Positions 18,846 through 28,684 of a DNA stretch of 64,000 nt are shown in pieces. A program made the translations under genes and the position numbers. Numbering within the stretch: the stretch's first letter is position 1; every line of letters begins with the position of its first letter. The DNA is taken from assembly GCA_918797485.1 (NCBI GenBank), contig CAKKNE010000003.1:2914001-2978000 (forward strand), in the 5' to 3' direction. The notes under the pieces are model-generated. The model searched no databases. It saw only the letters and a program-made list of their open reading frames with translations, and was not told the origin of the DNA. The DNA comes from Pelagomonas calceolata (taxonomy: Eukaryota).

Positions 18846-20474
18846 TCACTGGAACTCGGCCTCGCCGCCCTCGTCCATCGCGTCCGCCGCCGGCGCCGGC
18901 GCCGCGGGCTCCGTGGCCGCCGCGGCGGGCTCCTCCGTGGCCGGCGCCGCGGGCTCCTCCTCCATGGCCGCGGCCGCGGGCTCCTCCGCCGCGGGTTCGG
19001 CCGCCGCCACGGGTTCCTCCGCCGCCGGAGCGGGCTCCTCGGCGGCCGCCGCCGGCTCCTCGGCGGCCGGCTCCTCGGCCTCCTCCTCGGGCTCGTCGAC
19101 GACGGGCGCCTTGCGCGCGCGCGGCGCGCCGCGCTTCTTGGGCTGCGGCATGACCTCCTCCGCGTCGTCGTCGTCCTCCTCCTCCTCGTCCTCCTCATGC
19201 TCGGACTCGGACTCGGACTCGACCTTGGCCTTCTTCTTGGGCGCCGCGCGCTTCTTCGGCGCGGCGCGGCGCTTGGGCTTCGGCGCGACCTCCTCCTCGG
19301 GCTCATTAAGGGAGGCGGCCTTCTCGGCCAGCAGGCGGCACACGGCCTTGAACTCGCCGCACTTCATCGCGCAGCCGGCCGTCGCCTCGACCTTCGCCAT
19401 GAGCGCCTTGCGGTCGAGCGACGCGTCCTTCAAAAGCTCCGCGCGCGCGACGGCGGCGAAGAGGCGCACCGGGATGGACAGGGGCATGGGCTGGCTCTCG
19501 CCGAGGTTCTCGAGGCCGTACGTCTCGGTGGCCGGGTCCGTGCCGAAGGTCGGGTCGACCTTCTTGGCCTTGGGCGCGGCCCGCTTCGGGGCCCGGCGCG
19601 GCGGCGGCGGCGCGGCCTTCTTCCGCGGGCGCTTGCTCACGGGCATCACCTCGTCGTCGTCGTCATCATCCTCGTCGTCGGAGTCGGCCTTCTTGGGCAC
19701 CGCCTTCTTCTTCGCCGGCGCGCGCTTGCGCTTCGGCGCCGCCTTCTGCAACGACGACGACGGCTTCTCCAAAAATTCAACTAATCTACCAATCAGCTTC
19801 TCCTTGTCGACCTTACCCTCGAAGGACTTGGCCGAGCGGTCGACGCGGCACAGGTCGAGCATGGCCGTGATCTGGCCGTTCTTGAACTTCGCGAGGCGGT
19901 CGAGGAGCCGCGGCTTCTCCTTGCTCTCGTCCTCGAACACGAACCCCGCGAAGGCCGCGAGGTTCTTGCGGACTTTGCCCTTCGCGCCCTTGGTCTTGAA
20001 GACGACTCTATGGAGGTCTTCCAAGGCGTCCTTGTTCTTCGCTTCGCGCATCAGTTCATCTACTTCAGCCATCTCGCCGAGCGGCGTCCCGGCGCCCACT
20101 TTCTTCTCCTTCTTCTGGGGCGCTTCGATGGCGATGCGCTCCGTGGACTTGCGCGCGCGCTTGCCCTCGACGATCTGCGACCCGTTGTAGAGGCCCGGCT
20201 TCGGCGCCTCGTCCTCCTCGTCTTCTTCTTCGTCCGCCTCGGCCTCGTCGGCCTTCTCGGGCGCTTTGGCGGGCTCCTCGGCGGCCGCGGGCTCGGCCGC
20301 GGGCGCCTCCTTGGCCTGCTCAGCCGGCTCGGTCTTGGCCGGCTCCTCCGGCTCCTTGGCCGCCTCCGGCTCCTTGGCGCTCTCCGGGGCCGCAGCGGTT
20401 TCGGCCGCGGCGGGCGGCGCGGTTGGCTTCGTGGGCTCGACAAGGTCCATCGGTTGCGGATCTACGTTCTCCAT
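18846..20474 (-). CDS. DEK-like chromatin protein with acidic and Ala/Pro/Glu-rich tails
   Basis: VEGKRARKSTER, GAGTPLGEM, LHRVVF..KVRKNLAAFAGF, KEKLIGRLVEFLEKP are typical of the DEK/SAP region. Confidence 0.75.
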   Translation of the reverse strand: MENVDPQPMDLVEPTKPTAPPAAAETAAAPESAKEPEAAKEPEEPAKTEPAEQAKEAPAAEPAAAEEPAKAPEKADEAEADEEEDEEDEAPKPGLYNGSQIVEGKRARKSTERIAIEAPQKKEKKVGAGTPLGEMAEVDELMREAKNKDALEDLHRVVFKTKGAKGKVRKNLAAFAGFVFEDESKEKPRLLDRLAKFKNGQITAMLDLCRVDRSAKSFEGKVDKEKLIGRLVEFLEKPSSSLQKAAPKRKRAPAKKKAVPKKADSDDEDDDDDDEVMPVSKRPRKKAAPPPPRRAPKRAAPKAKKVDPTFGTDPATETYGLENLGESQPMPLSIPVRLFAAVARAELLKDASLDRKALMAKVEATAGCAMKCGEFKAVCRLLAEKAASLNEPEEEVAPKPKRRAAPKKRAAPKKKAKVESESESEHEEDEEEEDDDDAEEVMPQPKKRGAPRARKAPVVDEPEEEAEEPAAEEPAAAAEEPAPAAEEPVAAAEPAAEEPAAAAMEEEPAAPATEEPAAAATEPAAPAPAADAMDEGGEAEFQ

Positions 20475-20692
20475 TGGTGCTAGATCTATAAAGAGCTTAT
20501 AATATAGAGCTAGCTGGCTTGCCAAAGCGTCTCTTTGAATTCCTAGTGTCTTACTATACGCTAGCGCGACGGCCCGGCTGTGTCTCCACGACCGGCGTTA
20601 CCAAGCACGAGTGCTGCATCTGATAGCTGCAACTGACAGCCGCAACAGCTGCGACGAAGCGTTGCAGGCGCGACAGCCGACGGGAGAGCAAG

Positions 20693-21796
20693 ATGGCCGC
20701 TCTCCAGCCACAAGCGCTCCTCGTCGTCACGGACACGACGCAAGGCATGGAGTTCGGCATCGACGCCCACGTCTGGACGCTCGGCGCCAAGTTCGAGGGC
20801 CTGCACTCCATAAGCGAGGGCCTGCACCTGCTCACGTTCGCGCCCGGCGGCGTCGCGGGCCGCGAGGGCGTTTTCATAGACTGCGTGGCCGGCGGCGTCC
20901 ACCGGCAGCGCTGGGACGTGCATAATGAATGCCTCGATGGCGCAAGTGTACTAACGGACGCGCAGCGCGAGAGCCTCGAGGCCGCGGCGCGGGCCGGCGC
21001 CCTGACCCTCGCGCCGTATCCTCAAAACCACGCCCGCGTCTGGGCCGCCGTCGCTTCTAGCATCGACGTGGCGACATTACAAAGATGCAATTTGAGACTC
21101 GACGAGGCGTTCGGGCCCGGTGGTATTGATGGAGAACGGGGCGAGAGGGAACCGCGCTGGACGCCGGTCGATCGCGACGCGATGCGCCGGCGCCGCGGTG
21201 ACGTAGATGCGACGAGCTTCCACGGGCCGGATGCATCTTCAAGGCTCGCCGCGACGGCGGCCCCCTCCATTCTGATGAAGGAGCTCGCGCTGGCTTTTGT
21301 GGTTTTCCTCTCCCTCGGATCGCTGGAGGCCCTAAAGCAGTGGCAGCGCCTCGTGCGCCTCTTCTGCGCCTGCGACGGCCTCATGGCCGCCGAGCCGCTG
21401 CTTTTCCAGAGACTGGCCTCGCTTCTGACCGCGCAGCTCGCGCTCGCCCCCGAGGACTTCTTCCGCGACGCTTTAGGAAGGGACGAGGACGTCCTGCGGG
21501 CGGCGCTGCTGGACTTCTTCGCGAACGCGGCGGACAAGCCCATGCTCGCGACCGCGGCGGACGGGCTCCTCGCGTTCGCGCAGGAGCGTTTTGGGTTGTG
21601 GGCGGGCCACGCGTCCGCGTCCGCGCTCGTGGCGGCGCGGGCGCACGAGACGGGCGACGACGGCGCGCAGGAGATTGATTTGCGACGCTTCGTCCGGCCC
21701 GGCGAGGACCTCCAGATGTGCGCCGCGCGGCTGATCGAGGCGGGCGGCGAGGGCTACGGCGAGGCCGTGGCGTTCCTGGAGGCGCTTGCGGCGTGA
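20693..21796 (+). CDS. AAR2: AAR2 U5 snRNP assembly factor
   Basis: EFGIDAHVW..GAKFEG..I.EGLH, LAPYP, ELALAFVVFL..SLEALKQW..LV.LFC, PEDFF.D. Confidence 0.88.
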   Translation: MAALQPQALLVVTDTTQGMEFGIDAHVWTLGAKFEGLHSISEGLHLLTFAPGGVAGREGVFIDCVAGGVHRQRWDVHNECLDGASVLTDAQRESLEAAARAGALTLAPYPQNHARVWAAVASSIDVATLQRCNLRLDEAFGPGGIDGERGEREPRWTPVDRDAMRRRRGDVDATSFHGPDASSRLAATAAPSILMKELALAFVVFLSLGSLEALKQWQRLVRLFCACDGLMAAEPLLFQRLASLLTAQLALAPEDFFRDALGRDEDVLRAALLDFFANAADKPMLATAADGLLAFAQERFGLWAGHASASALVAARAHETGDDGAQEIDLRRFVRPGEDLQMCAARLIEAGGEGYGEAVAFLEALAA

Positions 21797-21898
21797 CTGT
21801 TGTGAAAAATTTAATGTGGCTAGTTGTAACCCACTAGATTTTGCTCGACCCATGGTCCTACTGGGACTGCAGCGTCGGGCAGCCCTTTGCGTGGAAAA

Positions 21899-22717
21899 AT
21901 GCTGGCATTGATGCTTTTTCTGGCAGCCGCCCGCGCTCTCACGCTGCCGCGGCTCGACCCGCAGCGGATGGTGGCGAGCTGGGCGGAAGCGCAGGAGCTG
22001 CTCGGGCTGAATAGGACCGCCGCGGAGAACAGGGAGCTGGTGCTCGGCTTCTACAACATGTCCCGGGGTTACGGCCACTACCGGCACGTGCGGTACGTCA
22101 TGATGTCGAAGGTGGCGAGCGAAGAGATCAGCGGGAACATGGCCCTATGGGCACACGGCGAGCGAACCGACCCCGCCAACTGCACCTTCACATTTGTGCG
22201 CGAACCGCTGAGGAAGTTTATCTCCGGAGCGGTGGAGATGGAGTGGCGCTTCCGACAGGGGCAGAAATTGCTAGGTGACGACGACATGGGAAGCTGGCGC
22301 TTCCATCGCCTGCCCGTCGGCTCGCGCGATCGCGCAGTGGCTTTTCTCAAGGATCTGCTCGAGTTTAGGTGGGCGGTCGTTCCGCGGGCTCTGGGACACC
22401 GGGGCGGCCTGGCCCACGTCTACCCGATGTTTGGCCAGGCGGCCACCTGGCAACGCCTCGTCGGGCTGGACTTCATCGGTCGGCTAGAAAACTTCGCCGC
22501 CGACTGGGCACGGATGCAAGCGGTGTGCGGCACCGGCCACGTTCCTTACAACAGCAGTCTCGAGATCCACATCACGTCGTCCGACCCGATGCACGTCAAG
22601 CCCGGATGGTACGCAGCGCTCGGTGAGTGCGCCGTCCGCCGCGCCTTGTGCCGCCTGCTGTCACCCGACTACGAAACGTTCGGCTATGCGTGCGAGCAGC
22701 AAGTCTGTGCCGGATAG
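21899..22717 (+). CDS. Golgi-type sulfotransferase (Sulfotransfer_2-like)
   Basis: Signal/anchor; YVMMSKVASE (5'-PSB-like), FTFVREPLRKFISG (3'-PB), DFIGRLENFAADW, DYETFGY. Confidence 0.75.
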   Translation: MLALMLFLAAARALTLPRLDPQRMVASWAEAQELLGLNRTAAENRELVLGFYNMSRGYGHYRHVRYVMMSKVASEEISGNMALWAHGERTDPANCTFTFVREPLRKFISGAVEMEWRFRQGQKLLGDDDMGSWRFHRLPVGSRDRAVAFLKDLLEFRWAVVPRALGHRGGLAHVYPMFGQAATWQRLVGLDFIGRLENFAADWARMQAVCGTGHVPYNSSLEIHITSSDPMHVKPGWYAALGECAVRRALCRLLSPDYETFGYACEQQVCAG

Positions 22718-22751
22718 CGGCCCGCATCAGGGGAAGCACCATGACGACGGC

Positions 22752-22783
22752 TAACATATCCCGTCGACCGACGGGATATGTTA
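22752..22783. repeat. Perfect 15-bp inverted repeat with 2-nt spacer
   Basis: TAACATATCCCGTCG-AC-CGACGGGATATGTTA between convergent genes. Confidence 0.9.
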
Positions 22784-23014
22784 TACGGCCAGTAAAACTA
22801 AATTTATATAGTATTACCGCCGCGGGAGCTCTTGATCGAGCACCCCCCGCAGCTCCCGCAGGTCCTGGGCGCCCCATCGGAGGCCGCGCGGCGGTGATCG
22901 CGGCGGGGGGAGAGGGACGACTCAAACAAAAGAATTCCGTGTGAGATGGGGTTTATTACCACAGGGGGATCAGGCAAAGGGAGGGGAGGGGAGGGGAGCT
23001 CGACGCCGTGTGCG

Positions 23015-26000
23015 TCATATGAGCCAGTCGAGGATTTTGCGGGGGTACGTTTCTTCACTTTCACTGGGGGCTTCACTTTCAACAACAGCGCCCCCGGGCA
23101 CAATCACTTGCACATCGTCGTCGTCGACCGGCGCGCCGCCGGCCTCGACGTCCGTCGGGTCCGCAAAAAAACCGCGCGTCGCGGCGTCGCCCGGCTGCGG
23201 CGTCGCGAGATGTTTCTTCATCAAATCCATGAAGATGTCGTCGTCGAGGCCGGCGGCGGGCGTCGACCGCGAGGCGGGCGTCGTCGGCGCCTTGGCGTCG
23301 CGGCCAAAGATGAAGCCCGCCGTGCCGCTCATCATGGCGATGGCCACGATCAGGCCGGCGCCCATGACGATCCAGAGCCAGGTGAGGCTACTGCGGTCCT
23401 TGCGGCCGCCGCGCTTGCGGTCGTTGTGACCGCCGGGCGCCGCCGGCGTGGCGGTGGGCGCGGGCGTCGCCTTGTGCGGCGCGGCCGTCGGCGCCGGCAC
23501 GGGCGCCGCCGTCGGGTTTCCGGCGATAGGCGTCGGCGCCGGTGTGGGAGCCGGAGACGGGGCCGGTGACGGGCGCGGCGTCGGCGCGAGCGTCTGACTT
23601 ACGACGACGACCGGGGCCGAGACCGTCGTGATGGCCTCCGCATGCGTGGCGGCCGCCGCGGCCTCAGCCGCCTCCGGGGAGCCAACCGGCGCCGCCGCTG
23701 CGATCGTCGCGACCTCGTTCTTCACTTCCTCGACAAACGTGTCGGCCGCCGCCTCGAGCGACGTCGACACGCCCGACGAGAGCGCGTCTACGTCGTCGTA
23801 GCCGCTGGCCGCGGCCGTCGCGGCGGGCACCACAATCTCGTACGTCACCTCGACGCCGCCCGTCAGGCGGCGATTCACGGGCACGCCGTCGACCCTCAGG
23901 TTCGTGACCATGTCCGCGTCCACGCCGGTGATCGCCGCGGCGACCGTCGTCTTGAACGCGTCCACGAACACTGTGTTCTGGAACGCGTCCGCCGTGACGC
24001 CCGCGACCGTGCTCGTGACCTCGACGGCGATGATCGGCGTCGGCGTCGGCGACGACGTCGGCTGGGCCGTCGACACGTCGTAGGAGAACGAGTAGCTGTA
24101 CGCCGCGAGCGGCGTGTCCATCTCGAGCAGGCGGATGGCCCGCACCGGGTGCTGGTGCGCGACGCACTTCGTCGGCTGCGCGGCGACGGTCCCGAAGGCC
24201 CTCGAGCAGGTCGCGGCGTCGATCTTGGCGTCCAAGCATTTCTGGAGCGCTTCGCCCTTGTTCGCCGCCGGGATCTTGGGGGCGGCCCACACGACCAGGT
24301 CGCGGGCAAACCGGTCGAAGGCGGCGCCGTTCGTCTGCAGGAACTCAGCGCCCAGCGCGTCGCGCGTCTCCGCGAGCGCGGCGAAGGCCTCGAGCCGCGT
24401 CGACGAGGCGATGTCCGTGATGGTCTGGGTGTAGCCCTTGCGGTGCGTGACGACGGGCGTCGTCTTCTCCGAGAACGCGACGTCCCGGCTGGCCGCGATC
24501 GACCCCCAGTGGAAGCGCACGTCGTTATTGACGCGTGTCGCGCCGAACTGCACGCCGTTCAACGCGGCCGTCCGCGCGACGCGGTTCCACGGGTAGTTCG
24601 TCAGCGACAGCGCGGCGGCCTTGCGCTCGTCCGCCGTCGCCGCCGCACGGCCGCGCGCGAAGGCGGCCTGGTCCTTATCCCACATGGACCGCTTCGTGCC
24701 GCTCTGGTCGATCTGGTACGGGAAGAAGAGTAAGTCCGCGTCGTCGTTGGCCCGGAGCTCGCGAACCGCCGCGCCCAGCGCGTGCGCGTCCACTAGATCA
24801 TCGGCGTCGACGTAGACCGTAAAGGCGCCATCGCGTAAGGGAGCCGCGCGGTTGCGAGCGCGGCCCGCGCCCTTGGAGACGCCGTCTCTCAGTAGGTAGA
24901 CGTTGTCGTGCTTCCCGCGGAACTTTTGCACGGCCTCGACCGTGTCGTCCGTGGAGCCGTCGTCGACGACGAAGACCTCGGTGGCGAGCGGCACGTTCGT
25001 GAGCGACGTGAGGAGCGCCGTGATCTGCTTGCCGGCGTCCTTGGTCGGGATCACGACGGATAATTCGACGCGAGGCGCCTCGTCGTCCCCGAAGAACTTC
25101 ACGTGGTCGTTGTCCTCGAACTCCGACAGTAAATCTTCCCTCGGCACGTAGGTCGCGGCCGCGTCGACGAAGTCGCGCGCGGTTCTTTGTAAGATGCGCG
25201 CGAACTTGGCGCGCAGTTTGGGGTCCTGCTGCCGCGAGACGATCCACTTGCTCCGGCTGAGGAAGCTGGCGAACTCGCGAAGTAAAAACGAAGGAGCCTT
25301 GTCCGCGAGCAATTCCGCCGCGATCGCGTTGAGGTTCGGGAAGTAGCCGCCGAGCTTCTCCGCGTCCGCGCCGTCGATGCCGGCCGTCGTCTGGCGCGCG
25401 TCTCCCACGGTATGCGCCACGACCGGCGTGCCGGTGTAGGCGACCTTCGCGTCTTTGGACGCCGTCAGCGCCCTCCAGTGGAAGGCGTTGTCCTCGAAGA
25501 AGTGGTCTCCCGTCGGGAACTTGACGTCGTTCGTGCGCAGGTAGTCCGCCCCGTACAGCTTGCGCCAGGGCACGGGCGACGCTCGCAACACTTGCGGGTG
25601 TTGCTCGACGGTGAAGGCCGTGTCGCGAGGTAATGAGCTGGTCACCTTGAGGTCGTACGGCGGGAGCTGCTTGTGCGTGTTTTGGTCGTAGCGGAACCAA
25701 TCTCCAAGTACGACGTCAGCGTCGTTCGTCTGGGCGGCCTCGACGAGCTGCGCCAGCGCCGTCTTCGCCATGACGTCGTCCGCGTCGAGGAAGGCGACGT
25801 AATTCGACGTTGCGGGGCAGGCATCCATGCCCTTGTTGGCCACGGAGCCGACGCCGCCGGGCGTGTTCGCCGGCAGCGCGACGACCGAGTGGCCGCGGTC
25901 ATCACCCTCCAGCGCGTGCTCCACGGCGCACCTCGTCGCGTCGCGGCTGCCGTCGTCCACAAAAACAATCTTCAGGTTCGAGTGCGTCTGCCCCAGCACG

Positions 26001-26179
26001 CTCGCGACGGCGTCGCCGACCGTGTCCTCGGTGTCGAAGCCCGTGATGATCACGCAGACCTCGTCGGTTGTCGTGTCCTTGTCATTTTTCACAAGAGGTG
26101 CGGCTGCCGCGCGCGGGGCGGGCAGCGTCTGTTGGGTGGCTGCTGCCGCTACGGCAGCTAGAATTGCATAATACTGCAT
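23015..26179 (-). CDS. Type I membrane protein with two tandem GT2 glycosyltransferase domains, Pro/Thr-rich stalk and one TM helix
   Basis: Signal peptide; VFVDDGSRD..YVAFLDADD; SVVIPTKD..VVDDGSTD..YVDADD; PTPAPTP repeats; WLWIVMGAGLIVAIAMMSGTAGFIF. Confidence 0.88.
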   Translation of the reverse strand: MQYYAILAAVAAAATQQTLPAPRAAAAPLVKNDKDTTTDEVCVIITGFDTEDTVGDAVASVLGQTHSNLKIVFVDDGSRDATRCAVEHALEGDDRGHSVVALPANTPGGVGSVANKGMDACPATSNYVAFLDADDVMAKTALAQLVEAAQTNDADVVLGDWFRYDQNTHKQLPPYDLKVTSSLPRDTAFTVEQHPQVLRASPVPWRKLYGADYLRTNDVKFPTGDHFFEDNAFHWRALTASKDAKVAYTGTPVVAHTVGDARQTTAGIDGADAEKLGGYFPNLNAIAAELLADKAPSFLLREFASFLSRSKWIVSRQQDPKLRAKFARILQRTARDFVDAAATYVPREDLLSEFEDNDHVKFFGDDEAPRVELSVVIPTKDAGKQITALLTSLTNVPLATEVFVVDDGSTDDTVEAVQKFRGKHDNVYLLRDGVSKGAGRARNRAAPLRDGAFTVYVDADDLVDAHALGAAVRELRANDDADLLFFPYQIDQSGTKRSMWDKDQAAFARGRAAATADERKAAALSLTNYPWNRVARTAALNGVQFGATRVNNDVRFHWGSIAASRDVAFSEKTTPVVTHRKGYTQTITDIASSTRLEAFAALAETRDALGAEFLQTNGAAFDRFARDLVVWAAPKIPAANKGEALQKCLDAKIDAATCSRAFGTVAAQPTKCVAHQHPVRAIRLLEMDTPLAAYSYSFSYDVSTAQPTSSPTPTPIIAVEVTSTVAGVTADAFQNTVFVDAFKTTVAAAITGVDADMVTNLRVDGVPVNRRLTGGVEVTYEIVVPAATAAASGYDDVDALSSGVSTSLEAAADTFVEEVKNEVATIAAAAPVGSPEAAEAAAAATHAEAITTVSAPVVVVSQTLAPTPRPSPAPSPAPTPAPTPIAGNPTAAPVPAPTAAPHKATPAPTATPAAPGGHNDRKRGGRKDRSSLTWLWIVMGAGLIVAIAMMSGTAGFIFGRDAKAPTTPASRSTPAAGLDDDIFMDLMKKHLATPQPGDAATRGFFADPTDVEAGGAPVDDDDVQVIVPGGAVVESEAPSESEETYPRKILDWLI

Positions 26180-26564
26180 GTGTGCTTCTTTTGCAAGCGT
26201 TTTGAGTGATTGTCTTTGGCAGAGCAAAAATAGCTGAAATATTTTGGTCGGGGCGCTCTCGGGCAATTGCCGGGTAAATTCCTCCAACTATTGATGACTT
26301 GCGATCCGAGCATGTCGAAAGCCGCGGCCAAGGATTACTACACGCCGCACAAGGCGCATTCCCCGAGATCTACCCCCCCATGGGCCTCACTCACCCAGGG
26401 GCCGGGGGCAAAGCCGCACTACGCCGTCGAAGACGCCTCCCACGGCCTCCCCGAGGGCTCCTAGGCGTGGATCATACAAAAGGAGGCTGCCCGCGCGGGG
26501 CGCGACGGCAGTCCCCTCTTTTTATCTCTTGCATGGCAGGTCGTGTCGTGGGCGCATAACGACA

Positions 26565-28529
26565 ATGGACGCGCCGGCAGCCGAACCGCTCGTGGAGGAG
26601 CCCCGCGCGCCCGCGCCGGCAGCGGTCGTTGAAGGGCAGCGCCCGAAAAGTGTTGTGAGGGCCGCCACCCCAACAAGCTCTATGGAGGCGACCGCCATGC
26701 AGCACCACGCGCGGCGGATGCGCCAACGGGAGTGCTCGGCGGACGCCTCCCTCGCGCGGGACGAGGCCGCCTCGCGCAGAGAGGCGCTCGCGCAGAAGCG
26801 AGCGAAAGCGGCGTTGATGAGGCGAGACGCGAAGGCGGCCCTATTCAGAGAGACCCTCGGCGAGCTGCGCCTCGCCACGGCCATGTCAGCGCGCCGCCGC
26901 GCCATCCGCGCGGACATGGCCGTGGCGCGCGAGGCGCGGGCCGGCGCGCCGAAGCGGCAGGCGGTCGCCGCGCGCCGCGCGGCCGAGCTGCGGCGCGTGG
27001 CCGACGCGGCGGCGGCGGCGGCGCGGAAGGCGTCCCTCGGAGCGACGAAGCGCCTTGTCGTCGCACCCACCGCGAGCGTGGACCGCGCCGCGCGCCGGCA
27101 AGCGCTCGCGAACCTGGATCGGCTGGCAAGGGCCGCGAAAAGCACGCCGGACGGCGCCGAGCGCGTCGTGGACCAGGCGACGAAGGCCGGCGTCCGGGAG
27201 GATGCGCCCGAGTTGCTGCGGGGGCGCCAGCTGATGCACCGGCTCAAACTCGACGAGGCGCGTTCCATTGTTGCTGAGGCGACTTCCGTAATTCCGGAGT
27301 ACAAGGCGCGCTTCGACGAGCTGACGAGCCAGGGCTGCAACCGCGCGGCCTTCGGCTGGAAGCGGAAGCTGGACGAGAGCCTCGCCCGCCAGACGGAAGC
27401 TGAGTCGAACATTCTGTTCCACGAGCGGCGCGCGCAGCAGGACGCGGAGCTCCTGGAAGCGTCTTTGAAGGCGCGGCAGGCGGCGGGGCGGCCCGCCAGC
27501 AGCCTCGACGACGACTCGGAAAACGAGGTCGAGATTATTGAGGAGAACGACGACGCCGCGGCCGCGCGGCGCGCCGTCCGGCGCGCCCTGCGCGCGGCCC
27601 GGGCGCGCGCGGAGCGGGACCGGGCCGCGGCCGAGACGGCCATCCGGGACGCGCGGCGACGCGCGGCGGCGGCGCGCTACGAGGCGAGCGCGGCCGCGGC
27701 CGCGTCATCGATCGCGGCGCACGCGCGATCAATGAAGGCGAAGCGCGACCGCGCCCGGCGGCGCCACGTGATGCGGGAACGCGACGCGATGAAAACAAAG
27801 CGCGAGGCGGCCGACGCGCTCGAGAAGGTGAGGGCGGCCGCGGCGCGCGAGGCATCTCACATAAAAAAACAAAGGAGCCGGCGGGCCGTGGCGGCGTTTG
27901 TGCGCCCCCGCTACGAGTACGCGATTAATGAAGACGCGCGCCGGGCGCAGCTCGCCGCGGACGTCGCCGCCGCGGAGCTCGAGAAGCTCCGGTGCCGGCG
28001 GGACGCGGAGCGCGCGGCGGCGGACGCCGCGGCCCTCGCCGCGCAGCAGGACGCGTTCCTGCGGGGCGCGGCGCCGCGGCCGGCCTTCGCGTCGTCGCTG
28101 GATACGATGGAGGCGCCGTTGGACCCGCTCCTGAAGTTTGGCGGGAGACCGCCGCCCCCTGATAAACCCGTGGCGCCGCACCCGCCGCCCGATATAAGGG
28201 AAGAGGTGCCGCTGTCGACGACGGAGGCCGCGCGGCTCCGCATCAACCGCGCGCTCGCGCGCGTGATGCGCAGGAACTTCCCGACCCAGCTCCGGCTCCA
28301 CTACGTTGATGATGAAAAGGAGCGGTCGCTCTCGCTGGTCTTGCCGCTGCCCGCGGCGTGGCGGGCGCGGCCCGCGGCGAAGCTCGTGGCGACGTTCAAT
28401 GCTTTATATGCGAAGAAGCGCGGCGCTTTACTAAGGGGCGCGGCGCTCCGCGACCTGCGAGGCAACGATCTTGGTAGTAGAACGATCCTCGAGGCGGCGC
28501 GCTGCGGCGAGCTCCGGGTCTGTTGCTGA
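26565..28529 (+). CDS. Hypothetical Ala/Arg-rich coiled-coil protein
   Basis: Long ORF with coding-like codon usage; helical low-complexity body and a small globular C-terminus. Confidence 0.65.
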   Translation: MDAPAAEPLVEEPRAPAPAAVVEGQRPKSVVRAATPTSSMEATAMQHHARRMRQRECSADASLARDEAASRREALAQKRAKAALMRRDAKAALFRETLGELRLATAMSARRRAIRADMAVAREARAGAPKRQAVAARRAAELRRVADAAAAAARKASLGATKRLVVAPTASVDRAARRQALANLDRLARAAKSTPDGAERVVDQATKAGVREDAPELLRGRQLMHRLKLDEARSIVAEATSVIPEYKARFDELTSQGCNRAAFGWKRKLDESLARQTEAESNILFHERRAQQDAELLEASLKARQAAGRPASSLDDDSENEVEIIEENDDAAAARRAVRRALRAARARAERDRAAAETAIRDARRRAAAARYEASAAAAASSIAAHARSMKAKRDRARRRHVMRERDAMKTKREAADALEKVRAAAAREASHIKKQRSRRAVAAFVRPRYEYAINEDARRAQLAADVAAAELEKLRCRRDAERAAADAAALAAQQDAFLRGAAPRPAFASSLDTMEAPLDPLLKFGGRPPPPDKPVAPHPPPDIREEVPLSTTEAARLRINRALARVMRRNFPTQLRLHYVDDEKERSLSLVLPLPAAWRARPAAKLVATFNALYAKKRGALLRGAALRDLRGNDLGSRTILEAARCGELRVCC

Positions 28530-28684
28530 CGCTCCCCCGGCGGCACATGACTTCGCGGATTGTGGAGTATAACCTGCGGACGCCTCCCCCGGCGGCGCAT
28601 GGCCCGCACGCCATCGCCGTGATCGCGCGACGCGGCGGCTTGTGGAGAGTATCATAACTAGTCTTGTAGTCTTACTCCCCTATT

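Noticed and set aside
22947..22997. G-run cluster (GGGAGGGGAGGGGAGGGG), possible G-quadruplex
   Set aside because: Common in GC-rich UTRs; no evidence of function.
26312..26464. Short ORF MSKAAAKDYYTPHK.. between divergent genes
   Set aside because: About 50 aa with no recognisable motif; cannot be supported as a gene.
28518..28550. TGA after VCC in the 26565 ORF as a second selenocysteine
   Set aside because: No recognisable selenoprotein family or SECIS; another TGA follows within a few codons.
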